A stretch of 60,162 nt of DNA from a virus (lineage: Duplodnaviria; Caudoviricetes), in the IMG/VR virus record IMGVR_UViG_3300035703_000098, positions 1 through 60,162 of that record; one strand, written 5' to 3'. Shown in pieces: positions 8,978 through 17,873 of the stretch (positions within the stretch are counted from its first letter, which is position 1; each line of letters begins with the position of its first letter). The notes under the pieces are model-generated. The model made no database searches, was not told where the DNA came from, and saw only the letters and a program-made list of their open reading frames with translations. A program made the position numbers and the translations under genes.

Positions 8978-10159
8978 TCAGTCTTCGGAGTCCGAGTCAT
9001 CGTCCGAATCGTCATCGGACGCGATACCGGCAGCAGTGTCACTCGATAGCGGCGAACCAGAGCTGAGCGATGCGCCCCGCTTCCGGGCCTCTCGACGCAG
9101 GCCGGCGATCTGATGCGGAGTCAATGTGCCGCCCGCAGCGATCAGTCGTTCGCGAATTTCCTGATTCGGCATCTCCGGATTGTCCGCAATCAACGTCAGG
9201 ACCATCTCACGCTGCTGTTCGTCCGATGGAGTGCCTGCCGTGCCCGATTGCACAGCCTGTGTTACATCGCCACTGTCGTCACCATCTTCAGCCTCACCGG
9301 ACTGTGAATCATCAGCCGGTGGAGCGTACAGCGTGCTCTGTGGCGTCTTCAAAGGCACCTGCCGCCGCTCTGCGATGGCCAGCACCTCTTCGCCAGTCAG
9401 GATCGGCCATTGCCTTAGAACCTGATGCAGAAACGCGCCTTCGGCCAGGTACTCTGCAACCTGCTGTTCGGTCGGACGTTCTTCGCTGCGAATGCGTTCA
9501 GACCGCTGTTGTTCTCGCGTGGCTCGCTGATCCACTCGTTGCAATCGAGTCTGCAGTTCGCGTTCGCGGCGAGTCCTGTTTGCCACATCCGACGGATGTT
9601 CCCAGCTTGCAGGGATGACCGACCCCGGCTGCTCCGCTTCCTTGTCGATCAAATGCGACATGACAGCACTGCGAGCATTGAAAAACGGACCGATCCACCG
9701 TTCGCCGTCACGATGGCCGTAGATTTTTGCGATCTGGATGTCGGACACCTTCTGCTCTCGCAGAGTCCGCACGGATTCCACCAGGCGGGATGTTGGCAGT
9801 GACACTCCGCGACGCGCATCGACCACAGCCCGGACAGCCGCGTAGAACGTCGGCTGCGGTTCGAGCGTATGAGCCACAAACTCACCCTGCTGATACAACT
9901 CCCATTGATGCTCCAGCCGATTGATCGCCAGCGTGAGTTCCAGACAATTCTCCGGAATGTCCCCTTTGGAGACCGCTACGAACATGATCTCCATCATGTC
10001 GCCGAGCGCACTATCCGGCGAGATGACCGTTGTTTTCTCATCATTGGCCCATTCGTCATAACTTTTGACGAACTCATCCACCCGACGCAGAATCCATTCT
10101 CGCCGTCTCGCCATGTCCGAATCAGTCGCATTTCCAATCGGAATCGCAGCAGCAGTCAT
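8978..10159 (-). CDS. Hypothetical protein with possible C-terminal HTH
   Basis: Long ORF; start moved to the ATGA overlap at 10159. Confidence 0.7.
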   Translation of the reverse strand: MTAAAIPIGNATDSDMARRREWILRRVDEFVKSYDEWANDEKTTVISPDSALGDMMEIMFVAVSKGDIPENCLELTLAINRLEHQWELYQQGEFVAHTLEPQPTFYAAVRAVVDARRGVSLPTSRLVESVRTLREQKVSDIQIAKIYGHRDGERWIGPFFNARSAVMSHLIDKEAEQPGSVIPASWEHPSDVANRTRRERELQTRLQRVDQRATREQQRSERIRSEERPTEQQVAEYLAEGAFLHQVLRQWPILTGEEVLAIAERRQVPLKTPQSTLYAPPADDSQSGEAEDGDDSGDVTQAVQSGTAGTPSDEQQREMVLTLIADNPEMPNQEIRERLIAAGGTLTPHQIAGLRREARKRGASLSSGSPLSSDTAAGIASDDDSDDDSDSED

Positions 10160-10719
10160 GTTGTTCGCATTCCTTCGATGAAATTCACACATTGAGCAAT
10201 CGCGTCCGCGGCCTCGCGTTCCAGCTCCCCATGCCCATGCGATCTATCCGCGTGATCGACCAGTTTCGCAGCCAGCAACCGCATACGTGCAAGTTCCACC
10301 GGCCTGACCAGCCGCGCGGCCTCGAACGCCGGTCCGCCGGCGAGACTGACAGCCTCGTAGTATTTCAGCGCACGGCGCCGCCTGAGCGGTGCAATCCACC
10401 GGGCAAACAGCGAGGCCTTCGCGGCCGACTCCACCAACGCCAGCAGATTGTGCAGGAAAAGTGAATCGGCCTCACCTTTGTCGTCGGCAGTAACACCCTC
10501 CGCGTACATCCAGTCGTGGATATTGCAGGCCTCAGTGATCGGCAGGCCGTAGACGGTGTCAGGCACCAGCGTGCCCTTCCACCCGCCAGTGCCGCAGCCG
10601 TTGCAGTTCAAGCGGCGTGTCTCGCAGGTGGCAGACCAGTAGCTGACCGGCGCAGACAGCGACCCGCGCCGCTGGAGTGCGACCGGGTTGCTGTAGACTG
10701 ATCCGGGCAGGCCTGGCAT
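10156..10719 (-). CDS. Phospholipase A2-like / DUF1353-like protein
   Basis: CNGCG...ACNIHDWMY...EADSLF motif, consistent with a PLA2-type His-Asp site. Confidence 0.65.
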   Translation of the reverse strand: MPGLPGSVYSNPVALQRRGSLSAPVSYWSATCETRRLNCNGCGTGGWKGTLVPDTVYGLPITEACNIHDWMYAEGVTADDKGEADSLFLHNLLALVESAAKASLFARWIAPLRRRRALKYYEAVSLAGGPAFEAARLVRPVELARMRLLAAKLVDHADRSHGHGELEREAADAIAQCVNFIEGMRTT

Positions 10720-10726
10720 GTGCGTG

Positions 10727-11212
10727 TTACTCCGGCTTGCCGAGTTCGAGCAGATATCGCGGCGAAGTCGTTTCGCCGCCGGTTGAATCAGGAGCGGCCG
10801 GAGCAGTGGCAGCCGGCTGTTGAGTGAGCAGGTCTTTCAGCGCGGACATGCCCAGCGGAATGCCCACCGCCGCCCCAGCGCCGGACCCGATCAGCGCCGC
10901 CGCGACGCCGGCCTTCGCCAGCGCGCCGAGCTTTGACGCAGGCGCGGATCCCGGAGCGGACGGGGTGCTGGCGGCTGGTTCCGGCGGAACAGTGATGGTC
11001 ACGGTAGAGTCAACCAGAATCATGTCATCGCCCGCTGATTGCATGTCTGACTCATGGTGATTATCACCCCACGCCATCCGCTGTGCCCGCTGCCAGTTGG
11101 CCGTCGCCTTCCGCTCGCTGCGCAGTGTCATCGCCTCCGCCAGAAAGCCCCGCAGTTTGAGGAGCGAACTGGTTGTCGTCTGCCGATTGGTGGTATCTGC
11201 TGCGGAGGTCAT
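10727..11212 (-). CDS. Hypothetical membrane protein
   Basis: Gly/Ala-rich hydrophobic segment (AGVAAALIGSGAGAAVGIPL). Confidence 0.7.
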   Translation of the reverse strand: MTSAADTTNRQTTTSSLLKLRGFLAEAMTLRSERKATANWQRAQRMAWGDNHHESDMQSAGDDMILVDSTVTITVPPEPAASTPSAPGSAPASKLGALAKAGVAAALIGSGAGAAVGIPLGMSALKDLLTQQPAATAPAAPDSTGGETTSPRYLLELGKPE

Positions 11213-11334
11213 CGAGTCTCTGCCTTACCACTGAAGACACTGTTCCGTTCAAGCCAGCAGACAGCACGTCATGCGCTGCCTGCTGCGCCAGTTCTTCGTC
11301 CGCGAGGATCTCACGGGCGAAGTCCGAGAGGTGA

Positions 11335-11670
11335 TTACTTGCTGGCATCGGGAGCATTGCCGGGCTGACCAGCGGCGGAACGAGCCAGCAGCACGTCTTT
11401 CGCCATGCCGGATTCCAGGTTGGTCGCGGCCTTCGCGCCGACAAGCTGAATCGCCGACTGATGGACGAGCTGAGTCGTTTCGGCAATGAAATTCGCGGCG
11501 TTGTTGTGCCGCACAGCACCAGCAGCAAAACCCTGCTGCAGAGTCGTCTGAGTTGACGAGTAACCTTGATCCATCGCAAGCCGGATGGTGGCATCCACTT
11601 CGTTCGCCATGACTGGCATCTCCACTGAAACAGGAACCGGAACGTCAATCACACCATCACCAGACGGCAT
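11335..11670 (-). CDS. Hypothetical protein
   Basis: 111-aa ORF with purine-rich RBS upstream. Confidence 0.7.
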   Translation of the reverse strand: MPSGDGVIDVPVPVSVEMPVMANEVDATIRLAMDQGYSSTQTTLQQGFAAGAVRHNNAANFIAETTQLVHQSAIQLVGAKAATNLESGMAKDVLLARSAAGQPGNAPDASK

Positions 11671-11702
11671 GTGTCACACTCTTTCTTACTGCTGAATCCG
11701 GA

Positions 11703-11767
11703 AGCCGGTGACTGGATTTGAACCAGCACTCCACCATCATGGTCGCTCGCCGTTGGCGTACACCGGC
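11703..11767 (-). ncRNA. tRNA-like RNA with a truncated anticodon arm
   Basis: Acceptor stem GCCGGTG/CACCGGC; T-arm GCTGG-TTCAAAT-CCAGT; D-like arm; anticodon arm only ACCATGATGGT (11 nt); intergenic. Confidence 0.7.
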
Positions 11768-11773
11768 CGTGTC

Positions 11774-12871
11774 TCACTTCGATTTCGTCAGCAGCCGCTC
11801 GTGAAATCTCAGCACGATCGGCTGACCGGGCTGATATGTCTCTGTATCACTCGCGATTACTTTCCCGCTGCCGTCAACCACGTCCAGCCGGACCTGCAGC
11901 GGGCGGGCGCTCGCGTCTTTTCCGGCCGGACCAACTGGCCCTTGTGGCCCTCTCTCGCCCTGCGGTCCGGGCGGGCCGGCCTTGCCACTGGCGGACTCTG
12001 CGAGCTGCTTCCGCAGCGTTGCGACGTCGCGTTCCAGCGACTCGATTCGTCGCACTTTTTCGCGGTCCGGAATGTCTCCGGGCAGCTCGATTGGCGGCGG
12101 TGGCACGGCGGCGAGCGGTGCAACAGGCAAAGGGCTGGGCACGCACTCCGGCCGGCAGCGCAGGATGAACTCACGGACGTGATGGCAGGGCGTCAGTCTC
12201 GTCTCGCGGTCCTCACGCGAAATGGAGTTGATCACTCCGACGATCTGACCGCCAGCGATGGCTGGTCCACCGGAATCACCGGGCCGGGCCATCGCATCAA
12301 CCCACGAGTCAGACAGCAGCGGCGCGTCCGCCCACGCTCTCTGATCGCTGTCGCCAAAGCCCCACAGTCGCACCGTTTTCGCAGGGGAATACGACTCGCT
12401 GGCCACAGGAATCGGACGCAGTCCGGTCAGGCCTGGCACATCCAGCAGCGCCACGTCATGACCCGCTTCGGGTCGGTAATCGACGGCAATCACGCGGGCT
12501 GATCGGCCACGAACTTCGACCGCTTGAGCACGGCGAACAACGTGCGCCGCGGTCAGCACAATCGAGCCGCTCTGGCTCGCGCAGATGACCGTTCCAGTGC
12601 CGTTGCCGCGATACTGGACCAGTCGGCAATAACCCGGAGCCGGACACTCCTGCCGCGTCTCTGTGGTCGTGATCGGCACGATGGATTCGACCAGGCCAGG
12701 CTGCGGTTCGGCGGCGGCGACGCTGCTGGCCAGCAGGAAAATCACCGCGATTGCGATCACAGCCGCCATTGCCGCGACGATGCCTTTCGCAATCTCCCAC
12801 AGCATGTCCGGGCCGCAGTATTCGTCATCGTCGATCGCTCGCGCGCGATCTTCAGCCTGCTCAATCCGCAT
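11774..12871 (-). CDS. Membrane-anchored trypsin-like serine protease with a short collagen repeat
   Basis: TAAH, DVALL and GDSGGP catalytic motifs; N-terminal TM; GPPGPQGERGPQGPVGPAGKD near the C-terminus. Confidence 0.9.
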   Translation of the reverse strand: MRIEQAEDRARAIDDDEYCGPDMLWEIAKGIVAAMAAVIAIAVIFLLASSVAAAEPQPGLVESIVPITTTETRQECPAPGYCRLVQYRGNGTGTVICASQSGSIVLTAAHVVRRAQAVEVRGRSARVIAVDYRPEAGHDVALLDVPGLTGLRPIPVASESYSPAKTVRLWGFGDSDQRAWADAPLLSDSWVDAMARPGDSGGPAIAGGQIVGVINSISREDRETRLTPCHHVREFILRCRPECVPSPLPVAPLAAVPPPPIELPGDIPDREKVRRIESLERDVATLRKQLAESASGKAGPPGPQGERGPQGPVGPAGKDASARPLQVRLDVVDGSGKVIASDTETYQPGQPIVLRFHERLLTKSK

Positions 12872-12955
12872 CTCACCGCCTCCGTGATGTCGGATGATCG
12901 TCCGTTATCGCGGATGACGGTAGGCAGTGAGCAGGTGAATGTCAAGCGGATTCAA

Positions 12956-13240
12956 TCACTCCTGCTTCTGCGTGACCATGTCGCTCTTGCGAAACTCGTA
13001 GTCGTTCATGCTCGCCAAAAAACGAATCGCCATCGCGGCCGTCTGTCTCGCCTCCTGCATAACTTCCAGCCGCGATGTCTTGTGCGGCTCGTAGGTCAGC
13101 TGCAGCACGGCCCGCTGCAACTCTCCGCACTCTTCGGCCACGATCGCCGCAGCGTGAATCGGATCGGTCGGCCACTCAGGGAACTTATGGAGTGCCCCAG
13201 CTAATTCCTGCTGCACATCCGCAAATTGTCGCTCGAACAT
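12956..13240 (-). CDS. MazG-like all-alpha NTP pyrophosphohydrolase
   Basis: AEECGEL...EARQTAAMAIRF motif. Confidence 0.65.
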   Translation of the reverse strand: MFERQFADVQQELAGALHKFPEWPTDPIHAAAIVAEECGELQRAVLQLTYEPHKTSRLEVMQEARQTAAMAIRFLASMNDYEFRKSDMVTQKQE

Positions 13241-13253
13241 CGTTGCCCCTTAA

Positions 13254-13439
13254 TTAACCATTCCTTGCCGCGTCACATCCACACTGCTCAACCACATTCC
13301 CGCATCGACCACAGCGACTGACACGCCATCTCCCGGAAGCGATCAATCTGTTTGCCTCGGCACACGACTCAGGCGTATCGCAAATTGCGTGTAAGTATTG
13401 GGCGGCCTGCTGTCCGGCATATTCGCTCAATGGTCGCAC
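13254..13439 (-). CDS. Small Cys-rich hypothetical protein
   Basis: 61-aa ORF with CGRC...CGC. Confidence 0.45.
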   Translation of the reverse strand: MRPLSEYAGQQAAQYLHAICDTPESCAEANRLIASGRWRVSRCGRCGNVVEQCGCDAARNG

Positions 13440-13501
13440 TGTGCTGATCGTGTCTCCGCGATAACACTCCCGCTGGCGGTCGAGATGCTGTTGCTAATCC
13501 A

Positions 13502-13693
13502 TCACAGATACTCCAGTTCCCAAGCTGGATGGAAGGTTCGCGATCGCTTTTCATCATCCAATCGTATTCGCAAATACCCGCCGCGCGCAGACGTTATCAC
13601 TCCATATCTCACACCATCCGGACTGCCAGTGTATTTCACTTTGCCGCCGCGTTTAGCAGGCACTCCGTATGTCTTTCGGATGTAACTCATCAC
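13502..13693 (-). CDS. Small SH3-like phage hypothetical protein
   Basis: YIRKTYGVPAKRGGKV...GVITSA...LRIRLD...FHPAWELEYL, a pattern common in phage small proteins. Confidence 0.7.
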   Translation of the reverse strand: MMSYIRKTYGVPAKRGGKVKYTGSPDGVRYGVITSARGGYLRIRLDDEKRSRTFHPAWELEYL

Positions 13694-14037
13694 GGCTTCA
13701 CCCCCATCGCTTCGAGCAGTGTCATCGCCTGCCGACGGGTTGGGTTCTCGATCACTACGGAATCAGCCGCTTCGATGCTGCCGTTGTCATAGATTGCAAG
13801 TTTTATTCCGTGTCGAAACCAACCGTATACACCAAGAAATGCGTACCTTTTAGACGACAGTCTCAGCAATTCTTCCAGCCACTCCTTCGTCGCCGGCAGT
13901 TGCTCGTCTGCCAGCCGCTGTTCCTCGGCAGCGATGGTGGCGCGCAATGCAGTTATTGAGGCTCCGTCAGATTTGACGGCGTCGTGCGAGTCCGCCACGG
14001 ATATGACAGCCTTTGCGGCTTCAAGCAGTTTGCTCAC
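13690..14037 (-). CDS. Hypothetical protein
   Basis: Coupled ORF; GTG start at 14037. Confidence 0.6.
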   Translation of the reverse strand: MSKLLEAAKAVISVADSHDAVKSDGASITALRATIAAEEQRLADEQLPATKEWLEELLRLSSKRYAFLGVYGWFRHGIKLAIYDNGSIEAADSVVIENPTRRQAMTLLEAMGVKP

Positions 14038-14350
14038 GGCGTTCCTTTCTCCACTCCAGGAAGATCGCAACCGCTGCGTCCATTGCCGGTGCGAACAGTT
14101 GCTCGATTTCCTCGATCTCTTCTCCGGTCACGTTGAATCCACACTCAGGGCACTCAATTGCTCCTCGTGAGACACGGGAGTAGCGGTGATGCCTTTCCGT
14201 ATAAGTTATGCGATCACGGATGATTCTTGTTGCCGGATTGTGCTTGTGGCACTTCGGGCAGTCCCCGTCGTTCAGTGCCCGCCAGACCCTGTGCAATGCT
14301 CTGGCTCTTTCGAGTGATACGTCGAGATGAAGGGGCTGTTGATCGCTCAT
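14021..14350 (-). CDS. Zn-ribbon hypothetical protein
   Basis: CPKC...CPEC; GGAGA RBS upstream. Confidence 0.7.
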   Translation of the reverse strand: MSDQQPLHLDVSLERARALHRVWRALNDGDCPKCHKHNPATRIIRDRITYTERHHRYSRVSRGAIECPECGFNVTGEEIEEIEQLFAPAMDAAVAIFLEWRKERREQTA

Positions 14351-14709
14351 GGATTCTCCCTCGCCTTTCGCTTGCCGAACCGAACATCAATCGCATACCA
14401 CGCTACGGCGATCGGAATCAGCCTGAACGCCTTATCGCAGTAAAACAGTCCGTTGATATCAACGCTGCGACTTATGATGTATCTCGCCTGCTTGCGCGTC
14501 ATGTCTTCTCCCTCGATTCCATCGCCTCGCGGGTCCGCTCAGCGGCTTGAGAATTCCCCTACCAGCGTCCGGACCGAATCCAACGTACAAATGCTCGGCG
14601 CACCCAGCATCGCGATATGTCACTCGTCCGGAAAACTCATACCACGGATGCCAGGCCTTATCCCCCGGCAGTGCCGGCGAGCCGTCCGCGAACTTCGGGA
14701 TGCGGACGA

Positions 14710-14746
14710 ATCGCCATGCTCACTCAGCCCCTGCCGCAGTCAGTTC
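14710..14746. repeat. ~36-bp direct repeat, copy 1
   Basis: atcgccatg(c)tcactcagcccctgccg(c/t)agtcagttc; one indel and one mismatch versus 15532-15567. Confidence 0.85.
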
Positions 14747-15361
14747 CATGCCAGCAACATTAAATAAACTACGTTCTGGTGTCTTACTTAATCCCCTGAC
14801 AATGTCGTCCAGCATGTGGTCATACATCGCTACGCCACTTCCATCGCAGGTGTCCGCACCTGCTTCCGCAAATAGCTTGTACCGCTTCAGCGTATTGACC
14901 CTGCCGACGTGTGCGTGCTTTTGCAGGGTCTTTGCCGTCTTCACGATGTCAACCGCCGCTTTACTGTCCTTCCACGGATCGCAACCGCCAATGAACACGG
15001 CCGACAAATCGCCCCACGGAATATCCATATCTTCCATGCCATCCTGCATAACCAGCGCCAGCGGCCATCCACTCACGATCCCGTACCGATGCCTCCATAT
15101 TTCCAACGTTCGGCGAGCAGATCCCACGATGTCTGGCACGGAGACAAACAGGCAACGCTCTTTATGTAAATCCTCGCGCTGCAGTAATGATGAGAACGCC
15201 AACCTGTCGAAACCGCTGTATGCGCCATTATCAATCGCAAACACACCTCCAGCATTTCGATATCGTGTCAGCGGGGTTAACAACTGCCCGGCCACAAGAG
15301 TTGGATGCAGGCTCATTTTTCGCTGAATGTCATTCGGCGACTTGTCGATCAGAAACTTCAC
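14720..15361 (-). CDS. TGT-fold (queuine tRNA-ribosyltransferase / DpdA-like) protein
   Basis: FAIDNGAYSGF, VPDIVG, VMQDG, VFIGG, HVGRVN and DTCDGSG motifs; visibly lower GC than its flanks. Confidence 0.65.
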   Translation of the reverse strand: MKFLIDKSPNDIQRKMSLHPTLVAGQLLTPLTRYRNAGGVFAIDNGAYSGFDRLAFSSLLQREDLHKERCLFVSVPDIVGSARRTLEIWRHRYGIVSGWPLALVMQDGMEDMDIPWGDLSAVFIGGCDPWKDSKAAVDIVKTAKTLQKHAHVGRVNTLKRYKLFAEAGADTCDGSGVAMYDHMLDDIVRGLSKTPERSLFNVAGMELTAAGAE

Positions 15362-15539
15362 TGGTCAACACCTCTGCAGACAGATTGCGAAATCCGCCAC
15401 AATCCAAATCAACAAGACAACGCCCGGATGGATACACCACGCGAATGACACCAGAACCGCCGGCGGCTCCGTCTGAATCAGCCAGCACGCGCACACGCTG
15501 GCCGGCAAACACAATGCGAGGCTCTTCTTTCATCGCCAT
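15330..15539 (-). CDS. Small SH3/KOW-like hypothetical protein
   Basis: GQRVRV...GVIRVVY...CLVDLD. Confidence 0.55.
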   Translation of the reverse strand: MAMKEEPRIVFAGQRVRVLADSDGAAGGSGVIRVVYPSGRCLVDLDCGGFRNLSAEVLTSEVSDRQVAE

Positions 15540-15567
15540 GTCACTCAGCCCCTGCCGTAGTCAGTTC
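15532..15567. repeat. ~36-bp direct repeat, copy 2
   Basis: Matches 14710-14746. Confidence 0.85.
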
Positions 15568-15598
15568 GCGAATCCGGCGCCGGATAACGTCTGGTTCG

Positions 15599-15853
15599 TC
15601 ACACAACCCGAATCACTGACAAAGGTCTCTTGCCGAGTGAAACAAGATACGCATTCAACGCATCGGTGCGTGCCTTTCTGACCACATACCCAGCGTCCCA
15701 GCCAGCAATCCAATGGTCCGATTCGGTCAACCGTCTTGGCTCAGGCCTGATTGCCGCACAAAAGCCAGCCGAAAACTCGTCCGCGATCGTGTATAGATGT
15801 GACGAACAAGCGGGTGAATCCGAGTGCTCGTCTTGCCGTTTTGTTTCAGTCAT
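15599..15853 (-). CDS. Hypothetical protein
   Basis: 84-aa ORF with GAGGAG RBS. Confidence 0.6.
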   Translation of the reverse strand: MTETKRQDEHSDSPACSSHLYTIADEFSAGFCAAIRPEPRRLTESDHWIAGWDAGYVVRKARTDALNAYLVSLGKRPLSVIRVV

Positions 15854-15888
15854 AGTCTTCTCCTCGTACCGGATAACCCAAGCGTTAC

Positions 15889-16161
15889 TCAGCCCTTCTG
15901 TCCGGACCCTGAATCGGCAGCGCGTTCACTCGTCACTTCTTTGGTAATCTCACGCAGAAGCTTCTTCCCAGCCAAAGTGCCGATCAACGTCGCACCGACT
16001 CCGCCAGACAACATTCCGAGGCCTATCGCCTGTGATACACTGAGGAGCAGTAATCCGACCCACAGGCCAATAAATCCCGCCAGGCAGCCGAACACGCCGC
16101 AAATCAAAAAGAACGACAGAACAACTGTGTTTACTTCTTCCGTTCGCAATTGCATTTGCAT
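15889..16161 (-). CDS. Small two-TM membrane protein
   Basis: Two hydrophobic helices. Confidence 0.6.
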   Translation of the reverse strand: MQMQLRTEEVNTVVLSFFLICGVFGCLAGFIGLWVGLLLLSVSQAIGLGMLSGGVGATLIGTLAGKKLLREITKEVTSERAADSGSGQKG

Positions 16162-16167
16162 TTTCCC

Positions 16168-17346
16168 TTACTCACTGACCATCGGAAACACACGCCGCAA
16201 CGCCTCGAGCGCGTTGCAGATATCTTCAGCCTTACCCTTCCCGATCCCTGTCAGGTCGCGATACCAGTGTGAACCGCCCTTCTCACGCATCAGGGCTTCG
16301 AGCTGCCCGATCGTGTAGATGCCCGCGTCGCCCAGCTTGTCGGCGATGGCGTCGCTGATACCGACGTCTCCGGATCGGCCGTTGGTCTTCGATGAGAGCT
16401 GGTCGCGGGTCAGCAGGTGGATGGCGCAGCCGAGGATCGGGTCTTCGCCTGCCGTGGCGTTTTCCGGCTCATCGGATTTTTCGGCCGCCGGATCTGGCTG
16501 TCCGGCTTCCGGCTGGCTCACCCGATCAAACGGCAGCCGCGTCTGGAAGTCGCCACCAGCCACGCCGGTCAGAGCCTCACTGAGTTCCTCGACCAGTGAG
16601 TTCAACTGGTCCTGCATCGCATCGACGTTTTTCTTCGCCGCGTCATGAGCCTTTTTTCGACTCTCAGCCAGCGACTCCGCATCCCGCAACTGACGCAGAG
16701 CGATCGGCAACATCTCCTCCAGCCGCTGCCGGGCCTCTGCCGGCGTCTCCGCTCGCGGGGGCTGCTGATCGACGGCTGCGGACGCAGACGAATCCGCTGA
16801 AGCCTCGCCGCCAGCCTGCTCATCCGCCGGGATCGGCTCAACCACAGTCCGCAGGCACTCCGGCACGATCAGCAGATCGCCGCCGTTCGCCTTGAGGTCT
16901 CCGCCGCTGGCCAGCGTGTCGTGGACCGAGTCCACCCACTCGTTGAGTTCGTTGAGTTCGTCGCCGTCCAGATCGCTCAGGAAGGCCTGTGGCGTAATCT
17001 CGATGTCAGTTCGCCACCGCTGGCCAACCGCCTTGATCGCACCCAGCAGGCGGGAATTCTCGTGACGCTCTTCCAGCCAGTCCGTCAGTTCCGCCGGGCA
17101 CTCCAGCCAGAGTTCCGGGTTGTTCTCCGCGCCGATGTCGGTCTCACCGATTGCAACATCGGTCCAATCCTGGACTCGTTCGTAGACGTCGATCGTCTGC
17201 GTCAAGAGCCACGCCACAGCATCGTCAGCCGCCAGTGAGCCATATCGGTCGCCCGGCCAGTCAGCGCGGTCTGAGAGCGATCCCAGACGCTCTGCCAGCA
17301 GCTTCACGCCCGGATCCACCACAGTTGCCGTTGCCGCCATGCTCAT
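16168..17346 (-). CDS. Hypothetical acidic coiled-coil protein with C-terminal HhH-like motif
   Basis: Start moved to ATG 17346 (GGAGA RBS); LTGIGKGKAE near the C-terminus. Confidence 0.7.
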   Translation of the reverse strand: MSMAATATVVDPGVKLLAERLGSLSDRADWPGDRYGSLAADDAVAWLLTQTIDVYERVQDWTDVAIGETDIGAENNPELWLECPAELTDWLEERHENSRLLGAIKAVGQRWRTDIEITPQAFLSDLDGDELNELNEWVDSVHDTLASGGDLKANGGDLLIVPECLRTVVEPIPADEQAGGEASADSSASAAVDQQPPRAETPAEARQRLEEMLPIALRQLRDAESLAESRKKAHDAAKKNVDAMQDQLNSLVEELSEALTGVAGGDFQTRLPFDRVSQPEAGQPDPAAEKSDEPENATAGEDPILGCAIHLLTRDQLSSKTNGRSGDVGISDAIADKLGDAGIYTIGQLEALMREKGGSHWYRDLTGIGKGKAEDICNALEALRRVFPMVSE

Positions 17347-17456
17347 TTCTCTTTCTCCAGTTCCTGAAAATTCCGATCTCGAACCCCAAACCAACCCGCG
17401 GAACAACACGCTCCGCAGATATCCCAAATTCGCCATTCATCCAGCAAAGAAGAGTG

Positions 17457-17800
17457 GGGCGGATGCGTTTTTCATCCGCCGCGCGTTAACATCAATTCCC
17501 GATTGCATTTACACAACATGGAGGCGGATGGGGCGGATGCGCCCTACCGGAGAACGCTCACAGTCACCAACTACCACCCACAGCACTGCTCTACATGCAC
17601 CATACAACACACAAATTAAAACTTTTTAGAGAAGCGTCTTATCCGTCTTATCCGCCCCAACACAGGGAATTCCTTATGATTTCGCGCGGCGGATGCGAAA
17701 GCGCATCCGTCTTATCCGCCCCGGATTCGCGACCGAATTGACTCCACGTCTGAAATCAGATTTGAAACTTTCCGAATTCATCCGCCCCATCCGTCTTATG
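17457..17800. promoter_or_regulatory. Putative replication origin with iterons
   Basis: Many GGCGGAT / ATCCG(C/T)C units in both orientations around an AT-rich patch (~17605-17630), just downstream of the primase-helicase. Confidence 0.6.
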
Positions 17801-17873
17801 TGCCGCGCCGTTGTCCGCATCAGTATGTGTTCGATTTCAAGAGTGGATAACAATGTTTGAGAGTCCGCATCAG

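Noticed and set aside
11064-11648. 194-aa minus-strand ORF bridging two genes
   Set aside because: Overlaps two better-supported ORFs in other frames and lacks a convincing start.
11915-11985. Collagen repeat as a tail fibre
   Set aside because: Only about seven Gly-X-Y triplets, inside a membrane-anchored protease far from the tail module.
17750-17764. tgaaatcagatt as a third copy of the capsid-leader motif
   Set aside because: Lacks the GGTGACTGACCAACAG block and the terminator hairpin; probably chance.
17457-17800. Repeat cluster as a mini-CRISPR
   Set aside because: Units are 7-10 nt, irregularly spaced and in both orientations; iteron-like instead.
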